A DNA stretch of 64,000 nucleotides from the human T2T-CHM13v2.0 reference genome, Homo sapiens. Of the stretch, positions 55,101 through 64,000 are shown piece by piece. A model generated the notes under the pieces. It saw only the letters and a program-made list of their open reading frames with translations. It had not been told where the DNA came from and did no database searches. Positions within the stretch are counted from its first letter, which is position 1; each line of letters begins with the position of its first letter. Position numbers and translations under genes: made by a program. Where the stretch lies: NCBI RefSeq assembly GCF_009914755.1, contig NC_060947.1; one strand, 5' to 3'.

Positions 55101-56686
55101 GACGCTGGCAGCTGTGGCACAGGAAGATGCATGCGCACATTCATGCTAGTGGGAAAGGGGAGGCAAGGCCCTTCTGCACACACGCACTGTCAAAACGATG
55201 TGACGGGTTGGGGGTGGCCATGGGAGAGTGCGTGCAAGCAAAGTGGCACGAGGGAGGCTGTTGTGGGGAGGACACGGGCAGACTGGTGCATGCCCACGGG
55301 GGCTGCTTCCCCTCCCACTTGAGCTCTTCACTGATCAAGTACTGTCTGCCAGTGGAGGAGGTATAATGAGGGCTCCCAGGAGGCACCCCACCTGGGCATC
55401 TGAGGCTGCACTACAAGCAGGCAGAGCCAGTCTGGGGCCGCGGGAGAAGGCAGTAGACTGAGGGGTGTTCTGGCCTCTTCTCATGGGCAAGACTACCCTG
55501 CAACGTTTAGGTCCAACAGTTTCCCTAGGGCTAAAGTGTCCTAGGGATGGGCATCCTTGGCCATGCTCCACCACAGAGGCTCCCACACCAACCCTCTGGG
55601 CTCCGCACTGACTGGAGTTCTGCCCCTACCACTTCTCTAAGCATCTCTCCCTGCCAACTCACATGTTCATGGGAGTTGTGGAGTCTCCTGCTGGCAGGTT
55701 TCCAGAGGCCCAGGGCAAGTGCAGGTTGCTCTTTACCTGCTCAACTCACTCCTTCCCGAGGAGTTGTTGGGGCCTAGAAAGGAGCCCCAGTGTGTGGTAG
55801 CCCCTTTCAGGGTTCCCAGATTCTTCCCTCTTCAGCCCCCATAATATTTATTTTAAAGTAAAATAGTTGTAGTGTGTTAACTCCTACCTCTACCTTCTTT
55901 GTAATTGCTTATGAGTAATACATTGCCTACAGAGACAAGAGGGTCACTTACTGTGCAAAACCTCTTACACACACTTATAAAACTATATGAACTAGTGAGT
56001 AGAAAGAGAACTGAAGGTTCCCTTTTCCAAGGCATGAGTACATACGTGCAATTGTCTGCATGTATCTATGTGGTATTTCCTGTGTTGCCCAAAATAGAAT
56101 TTATAGGGAGGGCCTAGCAAAAGTAGAAATATCTTCTTGTTTTTTAATGCTTTACTAAAGTAACTACATGTATAGATGCAAAGTTGAAGCAAGTTAAAAA
56201 TGTGAATCACAATGCAGTTTTTGTAGCTTTGCATTACTCTTAACTGGAATTATGATAGTATTAATAGACATTTTGCATTTAAAAGATACTAATCCTTACT
56301 TCTCCCAATTCAAATGCCAACCTGGTATACATGTCCCTAGTCACTTTTCTTTCTATAAATAAGAAAACAAAACAAAGAAACAAAACAAGGAACAATAAAT
56401 AGCACTTAATATCAGAATTTTAAAAAGTAACCAGAATGGTTTCATGTGACAAACTTCCTTAATTTTTACCTTGCAGCCCACTAATTGCTGAATTGCATTT
56501 TGGAAGAATATGAAAAGTGGATACAAAAGGGGAGGGAGAGATGGAGAACGTGGAAACAAAGACAGTAGATTAGGGAGGTGGAAAGGTCAGCGTGGAGTAT
56601 ATCTCTATTCAACACTGGAAGATGGTGGCTAGAATTACATTGGGCAGAAAAAGGAACAGAGTGACACTCCCTGTATACAATATCTT

Positions 56687-56688
56687 TT

Positions 56689-56731
<43 letters not shown>

Positions 56732-57007
56732 TTTTTTGAGATGGAGTCTGGCTCTGTCGCCCAGACTGGAGTGCAGTGGCGCGATCTCGGCTCACTGCAA
56801 GCTCCGCCTCCCGGGTTCACGTCATTCTCCTGCTTTAGCCTCCTGAGTAGCTGGGACTACAGGCGCCCGCCACTAGGCCCGGCTAATTTTTTGTATTTTT
56901 AGTAGAGACGGGGTTTCACCATGTTAGCCAGGATGGTCTCAATCTCCTGACCTCGGGATCCGCCCGCCTTGGCCTCCCAAAGTGCTGGGATTACAGGCGT
57001 GAGCCAC
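56687..57007 (-). mobile_element. AluY with (TTTA)n tail, slightly 5'-truncated
   Basis: cactgcaagctccgcctcccgggttcacg; TSD tacaatatctt (56676) / tacaaaatct t (57008). Confidence 0.95.
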
Positions 57008-57137
57008 TACAAAATCTTAAACAATTTGCCTGATATTACACATCTAGTGTTGAAAGGTTAAGTGATTTTCCTAAGGAAAATTGGTTCTCAGAGTGTGGGT
57101 TCTAGTCCCAGATTTTGCCACTTTTGCAACTTTAGTT

Positions 57138-57265
57138 TAGTGGTTCTCAAACTTGATCATGTATCAGAATCCTCTGAAGAGCGTGTTGCTGAGCCCTCCC
57201 CACAGAATTTCTAATTCTTTAGGTCTATTTCTAAATGTTCACATGATGCGGATGCCACTTGTAAC
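57138..57265. mobile_element. MER5A-like fragment
   Basis: agtggttctcaaacttgatcatgtatcagaatc...gagccctccccacagaatttctaattc. Confidence 0.6.
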
Positions 57266-57599
57266 TACATGTCTTAACTCATTTATTGCTTTAACAAATG
57301 AATGAGAGAAGTATTTTTACTTGCCTGATACTATACATTTAGTATGTAAAAAAAAAAAACAAAACAAACAAACAAACAAAAAAACTGTGACATGATCCCA
57401 GGATATGAACTCTGGATCTAGAATAAGGGTACTTAAGACTATGTCCTATATACTTCTGAATTTTACAATGTGATACTTTGATAGAAATATTCACAGGGCA
57501 TGGTTAATGCACCGAAGTAGAGCACCTAGGACAAACTGAAGATTTAGGGAAGGCTTTGCAGAAAAGTTCATAGATTATAGGTAAAGCAGTACTCAAAAA

Positions 57600-58115
57600 T
57601 GTCTGAATCCATCTCAGGCACTTAGTAGCTGTGTGATCTTAATAACTTATTTTCTTTGGGTCTTCATCTGAAAGTTTGTAAGGTTATCATGCAAATTAGG
57701 TAATATAGATAATGCCTGGCACATGGTGGATGCTTAACATATAGCTGATTATTACATTAAGGGAAATATTTTAAAATAATGAACATGTGTAAAGAGATGA
57801 AATAGTTGTTTGGGTAATGGGAAACAGGGAGACTTGTTTGTGTAATGGGTAATGGAGATGGTGTTGATTAGGATAAAACTATGATGAAGGCCAAGTTGAA
57901 GATAGAAATCATGCATTTATAATGGCACCGGTTCAAATAAATGGCTCTGCTTTTCTCTAGCAGTGATCAGCTCCATGGGCATAACAGTAATGAAGGCATT
58001 TGTTCATTCAGCAACTATCTATTGAGCACCACAGTAAACCAGCCACCACACTATGCACCAAGGACATCAGGGTAAATAAAGCAGCCCTCATGGAGCCCTC
58101 TGCATTCTAAAGATA
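57600..58115. mobile_element. MIR and L2 fragments
   Basis: cacttagtagctgtgtgatctt...aatgcctggcacatggtggatgctta (MIR) and ttcattcagcaactatctattgagcacc (L2 3' end). Confidence 0.55.
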
Positions 58116-59186
58116 GTGGGTGTTGGATGAAGGAGGTGGTGGTCGTTTTTTTTTTTTTTTAAAAAAGAGAATAAGGCAGAGAGTTAGAGTAATCCAGAGT
58201 TGGGGTTTTGCTAAGTGGGAAGGGCAGTTCAATAAGGAGGCAAAGCAGTTGAGGGTGACAGTAAGATAATGGTTGTTGTCATTAATATGAAAGCAAGAAA
58301 AATCAAGTGGGAGGGAGCTAATAGATGGAGAAAAGACAAGATATACAAGAGATTAAGAGAGAATACATTACAGACACCAAAATATTGACATGGAAAAATA
58401 TATACTATATATATTTGAGTGAGAAAACGTACAAAATAGTATATATGGTGTCATCCCATTTACATTAACCTATATATTATATAAAATTATATATTATTTA
58501 AAATCTAAGAATTAGAAGAATCTAGTTAGTGAAAAGTCTGAATTAGAAAATATTCTATTGACTTTCCTTTATCTTCCAAATTATTTTGAATTTGTGGAGC
58601 TTTCCTAGATTTTGCCTGACAGATGGCCACAGATATGCTGTAATTATATAGTAGAAGGCACCTTTTGGGGTGTAGCTTATAGAATTCATTTCATGACAAA
58701 ATATGGTCTCATCTACACATGAACAGTTGATAAATTTTTAATGAATATCTATTTAAATCTATATAATTTTATATTGTGTTATATAAAATTATGTTTATGT
58801 TTATATCTATTGATATATTTTTAATTTAATGTAATAGATAATAATATACAAAGTTTATATATAATATGTGACATATCAAATATATTTTAAACTCTGGCCT
58901 ACATATGTTGAAATCACATAAGTGGAAGACAAACAGTGGTGTGTTGGCAGTAGGACGGTACCTAATATCATCAGTTTAATATCTTAAAACAAGTTATAGT
59001 ATGCCATGCATTTTTGAGCTCCTTGCCCAAGATGTTGCTTGTGCCATGAAAGTACATCACAAAGGAAGATACATGGAATTCTTTACTAATCCTAAAAGGG
59101 CTTGTGTTTTTTGTTTTTTGTCTGATGATTTTCATAATCTACATTAACTCTTAAAATGAGACATTTGCTCATATCTGCCCTGTTAC

Positions 59187-59348
59187 CTGGGGGGAGGGAG
59201 GAGGGATAGCATTAGGAGATAGACCTAATGTAAATGACGAGTTAATGGGTGCAGCACACCAACATGGCGCATGTATACATATGTAACAAACCTGCACGTT
59301 GTGCACATGTACTCTAGAACTTAAAGTATAATTAAAAAAAATAAAATA
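59187..59348 (+). mobile_element. Short L1PA (about L1PA4-5) 3' UTR fragment, ~160 bp
   Basis: gggggagggaggagggatagcattaggagatagacctaatgtaaatgacgag...aacttaaagtataat plus A tail. Confidence 0.92.
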
Positions 59349-59463
59349 GAAAGTACTAGAGTTTTTGCTGTGAACCTAAAACTGAAGTCTATTTTTAAAG
59401 TACTAGAATGTTGTAAAATGTTTGGTAGCTACAACATCAAGGCAAATAATATGTTTACAGTAC

Positions 59464-59594
59464 CTTCCTCCAATTCTCTGCAAATGTTCTAATAAGCAGT
59501 GATATAGATCCGTATTCTTACGGCTCAGATCAGCAAGCAACTCTCCAAAATATCTGGGGTCCAATTTTTCAGGGCCATCATCCTGAATTATCAC
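59464..59594 (-). CDS. POF1B: POF1B exon 7, 131 nt: VIIQDDGPEKLDPRYFGELLADLSRKNTDLYHCLLEHLQRIGG(S); upstream exons lie beyond the window
   Basis: tttgcttcag|GTG ATA...GGA AG|gtactg; within ORF 59403-59603. Confidence 0.95.
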
Positions 59595-59944
59595 CTGAAG
59601 CAAACATCAATCACAATTGTAAGCAATATTAAGTTTTTCTAAGTTCATAGATATTTTTATGTGAAGCGAAAGAAAGATAACCTACTAAAGTCATCACATA
59701 AATCAAGCCATTTTTTTCAGGGATACATTTTTTAATGTGGGAGAAATTTAAAGAAAAATCAACATTGCAATGGCAATTTCAACTTCATTTCACTCGATTC
59801 TAAGTGTTCAAATGAAAGCAAAATTTGCATAGCATAAACATTCTTGAATATAGGCACTTAAATAAAACAGCAAAATGAGTAAATTAAATCACATGGCTTA
59901 TTCATATGTCTCCTGTGGAAAAAGAAAATGTGAATTATATTTTT

Positions 59945-60615
59945 TATTAATTTTTAAAATTAAAAATTAATTGAAACATAATAAAAGTACATATTTATGA
60001 GTTTTACTGTGCTACTTCAATACCTGCATACAATCTGTAATAATCAAATCAGGATAATAGCATATCCATCACCTCAAACAATAATCATTTCTTCATGGTG
60101 AGAACATTTAAAATCCTCTCTGCTAGATATTTGAAAATATAGAGTAAATTTCTGTTAGCTATAGTCTCCCCACAGTGTTATAGAACACTGGAACTTATTT
60201 TTTTCTACATAGTGGTAGTTTTGGATTTGTTAACCAATCTCTTCCTATATTTTCTTCCCCCTCCCTTCTAAGCCTCTTGCTACCACTATTCTACTTTCTA
60301 CTTGCATGACATCAATATATTTATATATTTAGCTCCCCCATATAAGTGAGAACATGTGATATTTATCTTTCTGTGCTCTGCTTATTTCAGTTTACATAAT
60401 GTCCTCCAGGCTTATCAATGTTGCCTCAAATGACAGGATTTTATTCCTTTTTATGGCTGAATATACTCCATTGTGTACATTGTGTATACACATGCCATAT
60501 TTTCTTTATCCACTTATCCATTGATGGACACTTAGGTTGATTTCATATCTTGGATATTGTTAATAGTGCTGCAATCAACATGGAAGTGCAGATATATCTT
60601 TGACATACTGATTTT
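59945..60615 (-). mobile_element. L1MA 3' end
   Basis: catatccatcacctcaaac...ggtgagaacatttaaaatcctctc...ttgatggacacttaggttgatttcatatcttgg. Confidence 0.85.
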
Positions 60616-61609
60616 TGAATTATACTGACTATAGAGGAATTACTTCCAGTTGGACGCACATATTCTAAGTGAAAGTCAGCCTGATTTGTTAGTATATCTT
60701 AAAGGTAGATAAACCTACTCAATTCAATGTGTTTTAACGTATTTCTTGTTTGACTTCCCCCGTTTATTATTTAAAGCCAATATTTAGTCAATCTCACATG
60801 GGAAAGAGTAGCTCAGGGCCAACTGTAGAGAACTCATAGACTTCAGAGACATTTGAAATCCTAGACGCAAATTACTATGAACAGTGTCCTAAATAAGACA
60901 CATTCTGTTGGCTTCCTATTCTTGGGTATCAATCTTTTCAATATTATTGGGCACTGTGGCTCCCATCCCCAAAACGCACTGCCTGGAGGATAATAACTTA
61001 GGTTACACTCCATACTACTTTCAACATTGCATGTAAAACCAAGTGCCCTAAAAACACATTTATTCTTAAGCATATAGATGGTAAATGGATTTGAATTTGA
61101 CTACTGATACTTCCTTTTCAACCTCTCCTCTGAATTCAGACCTTAAAAAACTGTACATTCTAAGGCAAATGGAAGAATTGCAAAGTAAGCAAAGATAAGT
61201 TTTCATAATTACATTTGTGACACAAAAATCAGTTTATAAAATATTGGTCAGTTAAAAAAAGTGAGACACAAAAAAAGTGTAGTATCATCACATTTTTGTT
61301 CAGTCTAGATGAATATACCACAATGTTAGTTATCTTGTCCATGTACCCTTTGGAGTTGCTTCCCTGAGTAAATAATGATTATTTCTTAAAAAGAATAAAC
61401 TCTCATATGTGAAGGCATGAGTAGATGGGTAAACCTGTAAAGTCAATATCATCACATAGTATGTTTAAATATCATAGAATTAACAAGTAGTGCATATATA
61501 GAGATGTAGATAACATATGAAAATAGATATATATTCATATGTCTATATCTACATATTCTATATAAAACCTTTAAATACTTAGATATACATAATTTTATTT
61601 TTTTCCCAG

Positions 61610-62015
61610 TACGTTCTCTCCTTCAGCCACAGTAGATTTCACTCTTTGGGGCACACACCATACATTCCTGCCTCTAGGATTTTACTCACATTGTTTTCTG
61701 CTTAAATACCCTCTGTCCTTCTTGTTGTGTATCCAAATCTTACCCATCCTTTGAAACTCATCTCAAAATCTACCATATCCGTGAAAACTAAAACTATGCC
61801 AGCCAACAAGCTAATTCAATTCAGCTCTTTGTGCTCAATTATTTTTAATTGTTTTATTTTATTATACAGATGTAAGTCTTGTTTTCTCAGCACCCTCTTT
61901 TTACCACAAAAGAAATAAACAAGAATGAGTCATACTTTTTGGTATATTTGATAGTATCTAATACAATACTGATTAAATACTCTACAGCTGCTCACTAAAA
62001 CTTGTTGCATTGAAA
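61610..62015 (+). mobile_element. L2 3' fragment
   Basis: ctttggggcacacaccatacattcctgcctctaggattttactcac...ctcactaaaacttgttgcattgaa. Confidence 0.55.
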
Positions 62016-64000
62016 GAAATCATCTACCTGATTAGAAATGCCCCCAAGTGCTAGTAATTCTGGAAAGAATTTTTTTACAGGTTTCTCTCTTAAAGCCTCC
62101 AACAACAACAACAACAAATGGTTAACAAAGTCAGCAAAAGTACAGGCAGCCCTTCCTTAGGAATATCATGGTGATCCCTTGTACCTTCCTTACTAGGAAG
62201 AGTCAGTATCATCACACAGTCTAATTGGAGCAACTAAACTGAACTCCTTATAGAGTTGGAGGCTGGTATTTGAATTCTACATAGACTTCTGAATAATGTC
62301 CATCAGATTCTCAGTGATTGACTCCTCTCAGGAAATGAAAGTCAAAAGCAGGTAAGTCGTTATTCACAATTATGTCTCATTTAAACAGTCAATGTGTTTA
62401 AGAAAATCATAAGATAAGGACCAAACTAGCCCTTTTGGAATCCATAATCCATTTGGGTTCAAATTTGGGAGGGGGGAGGGCTGAGGGAATTAAAATTCTC
62501 ATCTATTGTTAAGTCAGGACTATTACTCAAGACCAAGGTGAAATTTCCTAACCATAAACTGTGTTGTGCTAGTTAGCAATATTTTCCATTACTAAATCAC
62601 AGCTCTTTGGAGCTTCTTAATTTTAATGGAACTATTTGTGGGTGTGTTTCGACATAGCTTTTAGAGTTGGCTCAAAGCTATCTTTTTTGTTGCCTTGAGA
62701 AAGCCAAGATAGAAGTCGTCCCAAGGATACATGAGTGCCTTGGGCCAGAATAATGGTAGCAGTAATGGATAGAAGTTTTCTCCCTGTTACAATACTGACT
62801 TGAAATATAGCTGCACCTCATATATACTCATCTGCCTGATGAATGAGAGCTATCTCAAATGTTAATCTTTGATAATTAATTTAGTTGTTTATCTATAATC
62901 AAGGAAGGAATACAGGCTGTGCTGAAGAATATAAACATATACGGATACACAAAACATGATAATTTTCTAAAAAACTACAAAAATTGTTAGATTCATGAGC
63001 ATGCATCAATGAAGTACGTTTAATCGGATCACTATTTGACTATAATAATTGCCAAACAGTCTAATTCCTTGTCTCTAATTATAGATGAGAAGCCCATGAT
63101 GATAATAGCTCCAGTAAACTCAAGGCAAAGCAACAATGCTTAAGTGTGCAACCAGAGGCAAATTAGTGTCCATTTTCTGGGAAAATCTGTAGAAAGGAAG
63201 TAATTTCAAAAGGAAGTCATTTCTAAAGAGAAATTACAGACCTCACCTCACTACTGCCTTGGAAGTTCTTGACCTGGCTCCAATTTGGGGTGTTGTTTCA
63301 TATTTGTGATCTATGAGTAGTAGGTGGACTTTTCTTGCTAGCCTCCACACTTTATAAACTTTCATATTCAAAGACAACACACTTAACCAACCATATTTAC
63401 ATCGTTCAGTGGTAGTGATTATAAGGCACAATCAATAGTTGCTGATTTCAGCTGAGCTATCTATATTCTCTTGCCTGGTTTCCCTTCAGCTTAAGAACAA
63501 ACATTTGTGAGAATGCTTCTCAGGGGTAGGGATAGTTTGTAGTCAAGGAACAAATGACAATCCAGTAGAACAGTCTTGGCTTAATTAAATTTATTCCTAC
63601 TAGGTAACTGGCTTAAATGTGTGCATGTTTCACCTATTTAGAAGGGTCGTTTAGAGATTATAAAGCGCTTAAAATGCCATGTTATGTAAAAGCAATTATA
63701 TCTAAGTAACTAAACTCCTAAAAGGTCATGAAAATATTAAGTAATAAGATCTGCTGTATTAAGATCCAACTGGGTAGTAAGTTTTGAACTGCTGCATGGC
63801 AATGGAAAACCTCACTATTAGTAAAAGGTTATAACGTATAGATTATACATATATGTCCAGCAAAGATTATAAGGATGTGGTGACAGTTTTGGATGTATAA
63901 GATTACTACTTGATTTTGCTTTGATTTGGAACATTTAATATCTGTTAGACTGATTCAAACATAGTTAATCCAGTGGGCATTAATCCCTGACAAAATTAAA

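Noticed and set aside
54471-55777. Dense cluster of overlapping ORFs on both strands
   Set aside because: By-product of high GC content in the L1 5' UTR.
58730-58890. Extremely AT-rich tract (similar at 61480-61600)
   Set aside because: Low-complexity sequence with no clear periodic unit or supportable function.
60620-64000. Additional POF1B exon in the unique-looking 3' part of the window
   Set aside because: No minus-strand frame with splice sites matched the expected upstream POF1B peptide; the next exon seems to lie beyond the window.

Overview
Human/great-ape X-chromosome (Xq21-type) DNA, AT-rich and L1-dense, with two convergent genes. Positions 1-350 (+) carry the end of the ZNF711 coding sequence (ZFX/ZFY-family C2H2 fingers ending ...HHKEALM*), followed by a ~1.5 kb 3' UTR. 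On the minus strand I reconstructed the last 11 exons of POF1B (59594 down to ~5915). All have GT-AG boundaries and join in frame from VIIQDDGPEK to EDKYTCP*. Most of the remaining sequence is nested transposons (L1M, L1PB, L1PA, Alu, THE1A, MER57, MER2, MER20, MER5A, MIR, L2), which explain nearly all ORFs in the six-frame track. I found no new multi-gene system. The best leads are small-scale: candidate poison micro-exons beside real POF1B exons, a POF1B poly(A) signal supplied by an L1MA fragment, an L1-mobilised polyadenylated MER57 LTR copy, a tail-less 5S rRNA patch, fold-back palindromes in L1s, an AluY inside an AluY, and inverted L1 pairs flanking exon blocks. Gene identities, exon numbers and repeat subfamilies come from recall of known sequences, not from a database search; repeat boundaries are approximate.
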